From positions 1 to 61,234 of the forward strand of contig CAZXLJ010000003.1 in NCBI GenBank assembly GCA_964641175.1: DNA of 61,234 bases. Direction: 5' to 3'. Origin of the DNA: an uncultured Cellvibrionaceae bacterium (GTDB lineage Bacteria; Pseudomonadota; Gammaproteobacteria; Pseudomonadales; Cellvibrionaceae). Each line of letters opens with the position of its first letter. The stretch's first letter is position 1. Positions 31,409-41,169 of the stretch are shown piece by piece. Position numbers and translations under genes: made by a program. A model generated the notes under the pieces. The model was not told where the DNA came from. It worked only from the letters and a program-made list of their open reading frames with translations, and searched no databases.

Positions 31409-32160
31409 GGCAGATCGTTCTGGATACCGAAACCACAGGCTTGGAACCGCAGCAGGGACACCGCATCATCGAGATCGGTTGTGTCGAACTGATAAACCGG
31501 CGTCCGACTGGTAACCACTATCACCAGTACATCAATCCCGTCCGGGAAGTAGAACAGGGCGCTATCGAGGTCCACGGCATCACCAATGATTTTCTCGCCG
31601 ACAAACCGCGGTTTGAAGAGATTGCCGCGAAGTTCCTGGAGTTCATTAAAGGCGCTGAACTGGTCATTCACAACGCACCGTTTGACGTGGGTTTCATTAA
31701 CCACGAATTCGGTCGTATGGGATTGCCACCGGTAACGGAGGTTTGCTCGGTACTTGATACGCTGGTCATGTCGAGGCAAAAGCATCCCGGGCAGCGAAAC
31801 AGTCTGGACGCGCTGTGCAAGCGCTATGGAGTAGACAATTCGCAGCGCGATCTGCACGGCGCGTTGCTGGATGCGGAGATTCTCGCTGACGTATACCTGA
31901 TCATGACGGGTGGTCAGACCGCACTGAACTGGGGCATTGACGAAGCAAGAGATGGGGAAAGTTCATCCTCCGAGGCTACGGTAAATTTCATCAGCAGCGA
32001 TCGACGGCCGCTGCGCGTCATATATGCTTCCGCTGCGGAGATTATTGAACACGAGCGTAAACTCACTGATATTGACAAGGCTTCGGGCGGTCAGTGTCTA
32101 TGGCTTAAAGCGACAAGAGAGCTGGAACTCGCGGCAACGCTGCCCCATCAAGTCATATAA
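31405..32160 (+). CDS. dnaQ: DNA polymerase III subunit epsilon (3'-5' proofreading exonuclease)
   Basis: Exo I (VLDTETTG), Exo II ([11 protein letters not shown]) and Exo III ([14 protein letters not shown]) motifs; 251 aa. Overlaps the rnhA stop (ATGA). Confidence 0.95.
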   Translation: MRQIVLDTETTGLEPQQGHRIIEIGCVELINRRPTGNHYHQYINPVREVEQGAIEVHGITNDFLADKPRFEEIAAKFLEFIKGAELVIHNAPFDVGFINHEFGRMGLPPVTEVCSVLDTLVMSRQKHPGQRNSLDALCKRYGVDNSQRDLHGALLDAEILADVYLIMTGGQTALNWGIDEARDGESSSSEATVNFISSDRRPLRVIYASAAEIIEHERKLTDIDKASGGQCLWLKATRELELAATLPHQVI

Positions 32161-32805
32161 GGCTGACACCGGGGGAGGGACGCGGTCCTCTTTCGATTGT
32201 CACAGTGCTCCACGTGGTCCTGGCACTACGTGGCTTCAAACCAACAGTTTGACGAATAACGCCTATACTGAACAAACATCGACAAAGGGTTCGGTAGCTG
32301 CGTTCGTGCGCGCCAGATGTTTGTCTGGCAGACAACGGGTTCCATGCAGGCTTACCAAGGCCTGTTAACACAAATTTGATCGCGCCTGTTGTGGTTGAAA
32401 ACGCCAATCACGAAGCGAAGAGAGAAGTCTGGTTCTTTTAAATGAGCGATGGACGACGCAGAGTGGCCTTTTTTCAACCGCAACTCGAAGGGTCAGGTCC
32501 ATTTTTCCGCCCGGCGGCGTTCGAGCTCGCTTATTTTGGAATACCAAACAGCGCTCGCTCGGCCTTGCCCACCGAAAGATGCCCTCCGGCAGGAGCAATC
32601 AAATTACTGTTAGCAGGCCGTAAGACACAGCACTATTCGCCTTCAGGCACCCAGTCAGGTGCTGTGGCACAGGTTGAGCCCCAGTGACAAAGCTGGTGTA
32701 TTTACTTAAGATGCGGCCTGAACGTTTTGCCTTGAATGTGTATTCAGAGGGTGGTTCTGGCTCTTTGCCGGAGTGGTCAGTATTTCAACGGGATAAAAAA
32801 ATAGC

Positions 32806-34521
32806 GTGAACAGGCCGGATACCGTCAGTTTTCAATCTCTTCATATGGTGAGGAATGAACTTCTTTCTACCATTGAACAGGCCGCACGGGATCTTGAGGT
32901 TTACGTTTCGTCCTACCAGGAAATCAACAACCTTCAAGCTTGTATAAACGGGATTCGACAGATCCTCGGTATATTGCGGCTCCTCGAGTTCAAGGGGGCA
33001 AGCATTTTAACCGAGGAGCTTCTCGAAACTGCCAACATGATCGAGCCGGGCAACTCCGAGCCGGTAGTTGAAAAAAACATTGAACTCGTCAGCAATACGT
33101 TCTTCGTTTTGACGCGTTATCTGGAGTATGTTCAACAGAACGAACGGATGCTCCCGGTTCTTCTGATCCCCTATATCAATGATTTGCGGAAGTACCGCAG
33201 AGAACCGTTGCTTCCTGAAAGCTTCTTTTTCAATATCAATATCGGTAATCCTCCAGCGGTGCCTGCTGTAGATCCGATTGTCGTTTCAGACGGCGAATTC
33301 CAGTCATTGCTCGCCCGGCTACGCCATATGTATCAACTGGGGTTGCTGGGCGTGCTGCGAAGCAAACAGGTTCCGGCATCTCTTGCGCTGATGCGACGTG
33401 CATTGGTCCGGTTGCAAAGACTGGGGCATGACAAGCCGCTTGCCGTGCTTTGGTGGCTTTCGAACATGACCCTGGATGTCATGATCTCGGAGAAAATGGA
33501 GATTATCGAACCGCGTCGAATGCTGCTCAGCAGGATCGACCGGATAATCCGGCAGGTGCAGAAAGGCGGCAAGGCAGCGTATCACGCGGCGGCACCGAAA
33601 GGATTGCTCAAGGAATTATTGTATCTTCTGTCGCTTTCGGAATCGGAAAGTACTCAGGTCAAGGCGGTCCTCCAGCATTATGGAATTCGTAAGCAACCGC
33701 TGAGCGAGAAAGCGCTCAGCGCAGAACGTCAGGCGTTGAAGGGTCCCAGTTCTCAGACTATTCATGCGCTGGTGAAGGTTCTTAATACAGAAGTTGGCAA
33801 TGTCAAAAAGGTGCTGGAGACGTCCGCGCAGGGCATTCGCACCATTGACGATGTTGTCGGCCTCAGGCAGAGCCTGAACAATATCGCGGATTCGTTATCG
33901 GTCGTCGGGATAGCCGCACCCAGCGCGTCTCTCAAGGACGAGCTGGAAGAGGTTGAGCGCTGGCGCGACAACGAGGAAATCGAAGAGTCCAAGCTGGAGC
34001 ATCTTGCGAAAACCCTGCTTTATGTTGAGAGCGCGGTGCATTCGCTTGAATATGCCAAGATGTCCAGTCCGGAAGCGGGTAGTTCCATTGAGGATACGCA
34101 AAACAAGGTCATATCCGACAACGAACTGTCCCAGGCAGAACGTATTGTTCTGCAGGAGTGCGAAGCAGGGCTGTCGCTATGCAAGCGGGCGGTTACCGCG
34201 TTCACGGAGTCTAATTTCGACCCGGGGCATATAGCCAACATCTCAAAGACGCTCAGCGCGGTTCGGGGTGGACTGTTCATGCTGAAGAAGCATCGGGCGG
34301 CAGTCGTGCTGGAACGTTGCGTCACTTTCGTAGATGAAGTGTTGATGGCCAGCAAACAACCCGCTGCAATGAAAGAATTACTTGAAACCTTCGCCGACGC
34401 GATTATCAGCGTTGAATATTTCCTGGACACAGCTACAGTCGCATCCAAACTCGATGACTCCGCGCTGCAGATCGCCGAGGAAAGTGTCGCAGCCTTGGGC
34501 TACCCAATAAAAAACCGCTGA
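32806..34521 (+). CDS. fimL: FimL-like scaffold protein (ChpA N-terminal/Hpt-like repeats)
   Basis: 571 aa, GTG start. Segments L.MVRNEL..T.EQA, FVLTRYLEYV, LLPESFFF, RHMYQLGLLGVLR, LLKELLYLLSLSE and LQAVRGG-like ...LSAVRGGLFML match my recollection of P. aeruginosa FimL. It lies immediately upstream of nudC, as in Pseudomonas. Confidence 0.7.
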   Translation: MNRPDTVSFQSLHMVRNELLSTIEQAARDLEVYVSSYQEINNLQACINGIRQILGILRLLEFKGASILTEELLETANMIEPGNSEPVVEKNIELVSNTFFVLTRYLEYVQQNERMLPVLLIPYINDLRKYRREPLLPESFFFNINIGNPPAVPAVDPIVVSDGEFQSLLARLRHMYQLGLLGVLRSKQVPASLALMRRALVRLQRLGHDKPLAVLWWLSNMTLDVMISEKMEIIEPRRMLLSRIDRIIRQVQKGGKAAYHAAAPKGLLKELLYLLSLSESESTQVKAVLQHYGIRKQPLSEKALSAERQALKGPSSQTIHALVKVLNTEVGNVKKVLETSAQGIRTIDDVVGLRQSLNNIADSLSVVGIAAPSASLKDELEEVERWRDNEEIEESKLEHLAKTLLYVESAVHSLEYAKMSSPEAGSSIEDTQNKVISDNELSQAERIVLQECEAGLSLCKRAVTAFTESNFDPGHIANISKTLSAVRGGLFMLKKHRAAVVLERCVTFVDEVLMASKQPAAMKELLETFADAIISVEYFLDTATVASKLDDSALQIAEESVAALGYPIKNR

Positions 34522-34619
34522 GCCATTAACACCGTAGGGTGCATGTACATCAAGTGAGCGGTCTTTTTTGCGTTTAATTCTAAAGCTGTCCAGCCAGATC
34601 CAGCCAAGCCAGGCATTCA

Positions 34620-35447
34620 ATGACATCCTTCCGAGCGGAATACCGGTCAGATCTAACTCCACAGCCGGCAGACTGGGCAGTGGTTGTTGCGGGCAAGCAA
34701 GTCCTGGTGGATACCCACGTTGCCCAGCCCTTAATTCACCAGGACGGTGCTCTGCCGATGGAGACATTCTGCTTGCGGTTGCATCTCGGATACTGGCGGG
34801 ACGCGGCCTGTTTTCTCTACGTTTGGCCAGATACGTCGGCAGTTGAGATCGATAGCTCTCGATACCAGTTTGGCAAACTTCGTGGACAATTGGGCGTTAT
34901 TGATGAAGATGCGTTCTTTTTTGCAGGCAGAGGGCTGCAGCTGGCCCACTGGTTCCGGAGGCACAGATTTTGTGGACAATGTGGCAGCGCAACTTCTTTA
35001 CATGACACCGAACTCGCTTTTGTCTGCACGTCGTGCGATGAATACTTTTATCCCGTAATCTCTCCCTGCGTAATGGGTTTGGTCGTCAAGGGCGATACGT
35101 GTCTGCTTGCGCATAACACTCGATTTCCGGATGGATTCTACAGTGTAGTCGCCGGTTTCATAGAAGCGGGTGAAACGGCGGAAGCCGCCGTGTTGCGGGA
35201 AGTGCTTGAAGAGACTGGCGTGGTGGCCCGCGACCCGGTATACGTCACAAGTCAGTCATGGCCATTCCCGAGTCAATTGATGCTGGGTTATATGCTCGCT
35301 TTTGACGAGGGCGAAATCCGTGTGGATGGCAAGGAGATAGATCACGCCCAATGGTTCAGCCCCGAAACCCTTCCGCTGAGACCCCCGGCGGAATCACTGT
35401 CCGGTAAACTGATAGAGCTGTTTCAAAATGGCTATAGGGCGGGATGA
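34620..35447 (+). CDS. nudC: NAD(+) diphosphatase (NADH pyrophosphatase)
   Basis: Zinc ribbon CGQCGS...CTSC and Nudix box GFIEAGETAEAAVLREVLEETG, with SQSWPFPSQLM downstream; 275 aa. Confidence 0.9.
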   Translation: MTSFRAEYRSDLTPQPADWAVVVAGKQVLVDTHVAQPLIHQDGALPMETFCLRLHLGYWRDAACFLYVWPDTSAVEIDSSRYQFGKLRGQLGVIDEDAFFFAGRGLQLAHWFRRHRFCGQCGSATSLHDTELAFVCTSCDEYFYPVISPCVMGLVVKGDTCLLAHNTRFPDGFYSVVAGFIEAGETAEAAVLREVLEETGVVARDPVYVTSQSWPFPSQLMLGYMLAFDEGEIRVDGKEIDHAQWFSPETLPLRPPAESLSGKLIELFQNGYRAG

Positions 35448-35450
35448 TCC

Positions 35451-36107
35451 ATGGTTTTCGATTCAGTATCAGCAGCACTCGGACTTTTATGCATTCTGAT
35501 TCTCGCGTCGGGTATCAGCATTATGTCGCGAGGTAGTTGGTTCTCCGGATGGCTGCGCGGCACCTTCGGGATCCTGTTCATTGGGGTTGCCGTACTCTGT
35601 GGCCTCATAGCCATGGACCTCAGAAACTATCGACAGCTTCTCAAGGATGAGCCAATAGCGACCATCTCTTTCGCCTGGCAGAGCGAGGAGACCTTCCGGG
35701 CGACTCTTGTAATGCAGGATTTCGGATCCACTTCGGAATTTGAACTGAAAGGCGATCAATGGCAGATTGATGCCAAGATAATCCGCTGGCAGGGCTGGAT
35801 GAGGCAATTAGGTGGCCAGCCAGGATACCGCTTGGATAGAATATCCGGCCGCTACCTCTCGGTAGAAGACGAGCGCCTGAAAGAAAGGACGGTATACGAA
35901 ATAATTCCGACTGCGTTTGGGGTAGACGTATGGCAATGGGCTATGGATTACCGCGAACGCATTCCCTTTTTGCACGCGACCTATGGCAGCGCGACATACA
36001 TGCCGATGGCAGACGGCGCGATTTACGAAATTGCGCTTTCCTATTCAGGGCTGGTCGCGCGACCTTTAAACTCAGCTGCGAAAGAGGCTGTTTTGCTCTG
36101 GGATTAA
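35451..36107 (+). CDS. Hypothetical membrane protein
   Basis: 218-aa ORF with two N-terminal TM helices and then a soluble domain. Tightly packed after nudC (3-nt gap). No family recognised. Confidence 0.55.
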   Translation: MVFDSVSAALGLLCILILASGISIMSRGSWFSGWLRGTFGILFIGVAVLCGLIAMDLRNYRQLLKDEPIATISFAWQSEETFRATLVMQDFGSTSEFELKGDQWQIDAKIIRWQGWMRQLGGQPGYRLDRISGRYLSVEDERLKERTVYEIIPTAFGVDVWQWAMDYRERIPFLHATYGSATYMPMADGAIYEIALSYSGLVARPLNSAAKEAVLLWD

Positions 36108-36152
36108 TCCGCGCGAAATGCGTATAAGTGACGAAATATTGAGGGTATCCAG

Positions 36153-37202
36153 TTGGAGTTTTTGTACGAATACGGTTTGTTTCTTGCCAAGTCCGTGACG
36201 GTATTGGCGGCAATTGTCGTTGTCATCAGTCTGATGGCCTCCTTAGGCAGCAGAAACCACTCCCGCCCCCGCGGCAGGATTGTTGTCACTCAGCTGAACG
36301 AACGTCTTGATGATGTGGCCGAGCGTATGTTGTCAGTTGCGCTTGATGAAAAAGCACTGAAAAAGCATTCAAAAGAGAAAAAGAAAGCAGAGAAGTCTCA
36401 ACGCAAGGGGGGCACGCAAGGTGCCGACGGGAAGGTGGCCGCCCGCAAGAAACGGGCATTTGTTCTGACTTTTGATGGCGACGTTAAAGCATCGGCTACA
36501 GAAGAATTGCGTGAGTCAATTACCGCTGTCCTGACGCTCGCAGAACCGCATGACGAAGTTGTCCTCAAGCTAGAAAGCCAGGGCGGGATGGTGCACAGTT
36601 ATGGTCTGGCTGCGAGCCAGCTCAAGAGAATTACCGCGAAGCAAATCCCGCTCACCGTGTGCGTCGACAAAGTCGCTGCGAGCGGGGGGTATATGATGGC
36701 CTGCGTGGCTGACAAGATCATTGCAGCACCTTTCGCAATTATCGGGTCGATAGGCGTGGTAGCCCAGTTGCCTAACTTTCACAGGGTATTGAAGAAAAAC
36801 GACATTGATTACGAGCTGCTCACTGCGGGAGAGTACAAGCGCACGCTGACTGTATTCGGCGAAAACACCGAAAAGGGCCGGCAAAAGTTCAAGGAAGATC
36901 TGGAAGATGTACATGTCCTCTTTAAAGAGTTTATTAAAGAGAACCGTTCGACCCTTGACGTGGATGCAGTGGCGACTGGAGAGATATGGTTCGGTAAGCG
37001 CGCATTGGATGTCAGGCTGGTGGATGTCTTACAGACGAGCGATGAATATCTGACAGATATGCATCCTGCTGTAGATATATTTGCCGTCGAATATGAGCAC
37101 AAGAAAACTTTACCGGAAAAATTTGGCATAGCAGCCGCGACGGCCGTAGAGGCGAGTGTATTGCGATTCTTGAAAACAGTGGGAATCCGTCACTGGTCCT
37201 AG
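36153..37202 (+). CDS. sohB: Protease SohB (peptidase S49 family)
   Basis: N-terminus (M)EFLYEYGLFLAKSVTV parallels E. coli SohB; TTG start per the ORF track. S49 core (ASGGYMMAC... catalytic Ser region). Confidence 0.9.
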   Translation: MEFLYEYGLFLAKSVTVLAAIVVVISLMASLGSRNHSRPRGRIVVTQLNERLDDVAERMLSVALDEKALKKHSKEKKKAEKSQRKGGTQGADGKVAARKKRAFVLTFDGDVKASATEELRESITAVLTLAEPHDEVVLKLESQGGMVHSYGLAASQLKRITAKQIPLTVCVDKVAASGGYMMACVADKIIAAPFAIIGSIGVVAQLPNFHRVLKKNDIDYELLTAGEYKRTLTVFGENTEKGRQKFKEDLEDVHVLFKEFIKENRSTLDVDAVATGEIWFGKRALDVRLVDVLQTSDEYLTDMHPAVDIFAVEYEHKKTLPEKFGIAAATAVEASVLRFLKTVGIRHWS

Positions 37203-37492
37203 GGAACCGCTGATTAACCGGGGCGTGGACAAATGACGCGCCGGCATTGAAAATCCAGTTTTTGCTTCATTGGGCAAGCATTATTTATGCAGATGACATA
37301 TTGCGGGCTGTTCAGCTCGGCAGCTTCCAACGGATGGATGCGTACCTCCTGGTTAAACTTTAGTGCCCGGCAGAACGTCTGTCTGGGGTTCCTGCAGCGG
37401 TAAACCGCACCTCTACATCTCTTTACTTACCAATTAACCGTTGAACACTGTTCTGCGCGTATAAAGCGCGGAGCATTTACAGGAATTGTTTC

Positions 37493-38398
37493 ATGAGAAT
37501 TGCCATCCTTAGTCGAAACAGCAAACTGTATTCGACCGAGCGTTTAAAGATGGTCGGCGAAAGCCGGGGCCACGCAGTCGATGTCATAGACACCCTGCAC
37601 TGTTACATGGATGTGACGAGTAGCAGACCGGCAGTACGATATCGGGGAGAAGAATTACCGGTTTATGACGCGGTGATTCCGCGTATAGGCGCATCGATCA
37701 CCTTCTACGGAACCGCAGTGGTCAGACAATTTGAAGTGATGGGAACTTTCTGCGTGAACGAATCGGTTGCGATAAGTCGATCTCGCGACAAGCTCCGTTC
37801 TTTGCAACTGTTGTCGCGCAAAGGTGTGGGTCTGCCTCGAACCGGTTTTGCCAATCGTCCAGGTAATGTTCAAGATCTGATAAAGAACGTGGGTGGAGCG
37901 CCGGTTGTTGTAAAACTGCTCGAAGGTACGCAAGGAATTGGTGTGGTATTGGCGGATACCGCCAAAGCCGCCGAAAGTATTATTGAAGCCTTTATGGGTT
38001 TGAAGGCAAACATTCTGGTTCAGGAATTTATCGCAGAAGCTGGCGGGTCGGACATTCGTTGCTTTGTAGTCGGGGGCCGGGTAGTGGCAGCCATGAGACG
38101 GAAAGGTGCCGAGGGCGATTTCCGTTCAAACCTGCATCGCGGAGGAACGGCCGAGGTTGTTAAACTTTCGAAAGAAGAGCGGGCGACCGCCGTCAACGCG
38201 GCTAAAATTATGGGTTTGAACGTTTGTGGTGTCGATATTCTGCAATCTGCGAGAGGGCCGGTCGTCATGGAGGTTAACTCATCGCCCGGCCTTGAAGGTA
38301 TCGAAGGCGCGACCGGTCTCGACGTAGCCGGGTTGATTTACGAGTTTATCGAACGTGAAGCCAAACCTCACAATAACAAGACCAAAGGAAAGGGGTAG
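37493..38398 (+). CDS. rimK: Ribosomal protein S6--L-glutamate ligase
   Basis: MRIAILSRN..., an ATP-grasp core ([15 protein letters not shown], ...[14 protein letters not shown]) and ...[13 protein letters not shown]; 301 aa. Confidence 0.95.
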   Translation: MRIAILSRNSKLYSTERLKMVGESRGHAVDVIDTLHCYMDVTSSRPAVRYRGEELPVYDAVIPRIGASITFYGTAVVRQFEVMGTFCVNESVAISRSRDKLRSLQLLSRKGVGLPRTGFANRPGNVQDLIKNVGGAPVVVKLLEGTQGIGVVLADTAKAAESIIEAFMGLKANILVQEFIAEAGGSDIRCFVVGGRVVAAMRRKGAEGDFRSNLHRGGTAEVVKLSKEERATAVNAAKIMGLNVCGVDILQSARGPVVMEVNSSPGLEGIEGATGLDVAGLIYEFIEREAKPHNNKTKGKG

Positions 38399-38477
38399 GG
38401 AACCGCTCGCTCTGGAAGACCTCACAGAACGCACTGAACCATGCATTCTGTGAGCATAAATCAGGAAATTTCGGGTC

Positions 38478-38981
38478 TCAGGGAGAACTCGAACGGCGAC
38501 GAAATAGCGGTTGAGGTTGATCGACCGCAGCCTGGTAACTGTCAGAAAAGTCCATCAAGCTGCGCCGCATCGATTCGGCATCAGCAATTTCTTCAATAAT
38601 GTATGCGTCAAAACCGCAGCGACGCATGTAGAAAAGCTGGTCCTGGATGTAGTTGCCCAGCGCTCTTATTTCACCGGTAAACCCTCTTTGTTCACGCAAC
38701 ATGCGAGCAAGCGAAAAGCCGCGCCCGTCGGTGAACGTCGGAATGTGAATTGCAATAACCGGAATCTGTAAGGGTATGGATGCCAGCGCTTCATCCGGCG
38801 TTTCAGTATCAATCCAGATGCCGATTTTGTTACCGGCTTCCAGCATCCGGGCCTGGTCCTGTGCCTGAGACCAATGGACGAGAGTCGGACCGCTTACCGA
38901 TGCCGGATCAAATGCTTCGTCTTTTGGCAATACGGCCCAGTCATCGCTGGTCAAAGACCCGTCGTTAGTGAGCTTTCGCAT
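38478..38981 (-). CDS. DUF934 domain-containing protein (sulfite-reductase-associated)
   Basis: ORF 38478..39020. Met at 38981 (MRKLTNDGSL...) overlaps the last codons of the upstream cysI-like gene by 17 nt. ...FTDGRGFSLARMLRE..GF.GE.RA.G motif is typical of DUF934. Confidence 0.8.
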   Translation of the reverse strand: MRKLTNDGSLTSDDWAVLPKDEAFDPASVSGPTLVHWSQAQDQARMLEAGNKIGIWIDTETPDEALASIPLQIPVIAIHIPTFTDGRGFSLARMLREQRGFTGEIRALGNYIQDQLFYMRRCGFDAYIIEEIADAESMRRSLMDFSDSYQAAVDQPQPLFRRRSSSP

Positions 38982-40632
38982 AAACCTTCTCCTTGAAAGG
39001 CGTAATTCCAATGCGCTCAAAAGTACTCAGAAAGGTCTCCTCCGGCTGACGATTTTCGAGATAAACGGACAGCAGGCCGCGGATTACTTGTGGCACATCT
39101 TCCTGTCTGAAGGAAGGGCCAAGCACGGATCCCAGAGCCGCCTGGTTCCTTGAGTTTCCACCTATCTGTATCTGGTAAAACTCTTCCCCCTTTTTATCGA
39201 CGCCGAGTATACCGATGTGGCCCACGTGGTGATGGCCGCAGGCATTCATGCAACCTGAAATATTCAAATCTATGGGGCCCAGGTCGTAAACATAATCGAT
39301 GTCATCAAATTCTCTCTGGATTGCCTCCGCGATAGGAATTGATTTTGCATTGGCCAGCGAGCAATAGTCTCCACCGGGGCAGCTGATGATGTCCGTTAAA
39401 GTACCGACGTTGGGTGTTGCAAACCCGGCAGCAGCCAGCTTCTCCCATAATTCAAACAGTGACCGTACCCGAACATCTGCGAGAACGATATTCTGCAGAT
39501 GCGTGGTTCGCGCTTCCCCAAAGGAATAGGTGTCCGCAAGATCTGCAATTTTTTCCAGCTGTCGGTCCGTCACATCACCGGGCGCCACACCTGTCAATTT
39601 CAGCGATAGCGTGACAGCCCGATAACCCGGTACACGATGCGGGTGAACGTTGTGGTCCAGCCAGTCAGCGAAGCTTTTGCTGGTACTGCGCAGGGCATTG
39701 ATTTCCATAGACTCGGTAATGTCATCAAGACCGGTCACATATTCTGGTTCTGTAAAAAAACTTTTCGCCCGATCGATCTCTTCTGAGGTCAATCTGGTCG
39801 CGGAATCTTTAAACTTGTGCCATTCATTCTCCACGGCCTCGGCGAACGTATCAGGACCCATGGCGCGAACCAGAATCTTTATGCGAGCTTTGAACTTGTT
39901 ATCCCGGCGGCCGTGCAGATTATAGATCCTGACGATTGCTTCGAGATAAGTAAGCAGATCCTCTTCTGGAAGAAATTCCCGGATCACCGAGCCGATGACA
40001 GGTGTTCGACCGAGACCGCCCCCGACAAGGACGCGGAAGCCCGTTTCGCCAGCATCGTTGGCGACCAGTTGCAAACCGATGTCGTGAAACTGGATGGCCG
40101 CCCGATCTTCGAGCGAGCCGCTGACGGCTATCTTGAACTTGCGCGGCAAGAACGCAAACTCGGGGTGAAAGGTGGACCACTGTCGGATGATTTCACAGTA
40201 GGGCCGGGGATCGATCATCTCGTCAGGAGCGACTCCGGCAAACTGGTCCGTGGTTGTATTTCGAATACAGTTGCCGCTTGTCTGAACCGCATGCATCTGG
40301 ACTTCAGCCAGCTCGGCGAGGATGTCTGGAACTTCCTCGAGTTCCGGCCAATTCAGCTGAATGTTCTGACGGGTCGTTATGTGGGCGTAACCCTTATCGA
40401 AATAACGGGTAATGTGTGCAAGCTTGCGAAGCTGCTTGCTATTGAGCATCCCGTAAGGCACCGCCATGCGTAACATCGGCGCAAGCCTTTGTATATACAG
40501 ACCGTTTTGAAGCCGCAGAGGGAGAAATTGCTCAGGAGGGATCTCTCCAAGCAAGAAACGCTCAGTTTGGCGCCTGAACTGGCTGACGCGCTCCCGGATG
40601 ATTCGGTGATCATGTTCGTCATAAACGTACAT
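38965..40632 (-). CDS. cysI: Nitrite/sulfite reductase hemoprotein (siroheme/4Fe-4S, CysI-like)
   Basis: 555 aa. Two NIR_SIR ferredoxin-like halves. The cysteine cluster ...SCPGGDYC... and ...SGCMNACGHH is characteristic of siroheme-[4Fe-4S] sulfite/nitrite reductases. Pairing with DUF934 favours assimilatory sulfite reductase. Confidence 0.85.
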   Translation of the reverse strand: MYVYDEHDHRIIRERVSQFRRQTERFLLGEIPPEQFLPLRLQNGLYIQRLAPMLRMAVPYGMLNSKQLRKLAHITRYFDKGYAHITTRQNIQLNWPELEEVPDILAELAEVQMHAVQTSGNCIRNTTTDQFAGVAPDEMIDPRPYCEIIRQWSTFHPEFAFLPRKFKIAVSGSLEDRAAIQFHDIGLQLVANDAGETGFRVLVGGGLGRTPVIGSVIREFLPEEDLLTYLEAIVRIYNLHGRRDNKFKARIKILVRAMGPDTFAEAVENEWHKFKDSATRLTSEEIDRAKSFFTEPEYVTGLDDITESMEINALRSTSKSFADWLDHNVHPHRVPGYRAVTLSLKLTGVAPGDVTDRQLEKIADLADTYSFGEARTTHLQNIVLADVRVRSLFELWEKLAAAGFATPNVGTLTDIISCPGGDYCSLANAKSIPIAEAIQREFDDIDYVYDLGPIDLNISGCMNACGHHHVGHIGILGVDKKGEEFYQIQIGGNSRNQAALGSVLGPSFRQEDVPQVIRGLLSVYLENRQPEETFLSTFERIGITPFKEKVYAKAH

Positions 40633-40976
40633 GGACTACATTCCTATACAAATCGCTGATACGGGGCTTTAAACAGGCCTGCATTGCAAGGCTACCCCCT
40701 CAAAAGGGCAGCAAGGATACCGTAAAGTGACGTCTTCGGCGAGAGCAACCGTCGTCTCGCGTATACCGTTTGACGGCATGGGCATCGACATTGACACCAA
40801 TTTTTTACAAGATATCTGGAAATTTTGGTGGAATTTGCGTCTAATAGCGCCCGTCCGCGAGGGGGGCTGTCCAGTGACCGGCCTTTCGACTCGTGTAACG
40901 TCGATCCAGTTTGAGTCTCAGCTCGAATGAGGTCGAAAGCTCTCCTTTCCGCACTTAAAAACATGAGGTATTTCCC

Positions 40977-41096
40977 ATGGATAAACCGCACACCTACACA
41001 AAAGATCAAGATGATGGCGTAATGGATTCAGTCGCGGCCTTGGTATTGGTGCTGGTTTTCGTCGCGGTCTGCATATTCTGGGTAAGCGGCCATTAA
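40977..41096 (+). CDS. Possible small membrane protein (39 aa, MDKPHTYTKDQDDGVMDSVAALVLVLVFVAVCIFWVSGH)
   Basis: GAGG (40965-40968) lies 8 nt upstream of the ATG. There is one clear hydrophobic helix and TAA at 41094-41096. Below the ORF-track cutoff; no family recognised. Confidence 0.3.
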   Translation: MDKPHTYTKDQDDGVMDSVAALVLVLVFVAVCIFWVSGH

Positions 41097-41169
41097 TTCA
41101 GGCATTCCTTCGCTAAACTACGCAGGTTTTTGCTACGTCGCATTCACGCGGTAAAGCAACAGTTTTTTG

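Noticed and set aside
32491-32500. GGTCAGGTCC in the dnaQ-fimL spacer, reminiscent of the conserved 4.5S/SRP RNA domain IV motif.
   Set aside because: The flanking sequence lacks the GGAAGGAAGCAGCC continuation and the long closing helix of SRP RNA, so this is only a decamer coincidence.
37199-37211. Identical 12-mer TAGGGAACCGCT beginning at the stop codons of both sohB (37200) and rimK (38396).
   Set aside because: Roughly a hundred chance 12-mer coincidences are expected in a 61-kb window. There is no extended similarity and no inverted-repeat structure around either copy.
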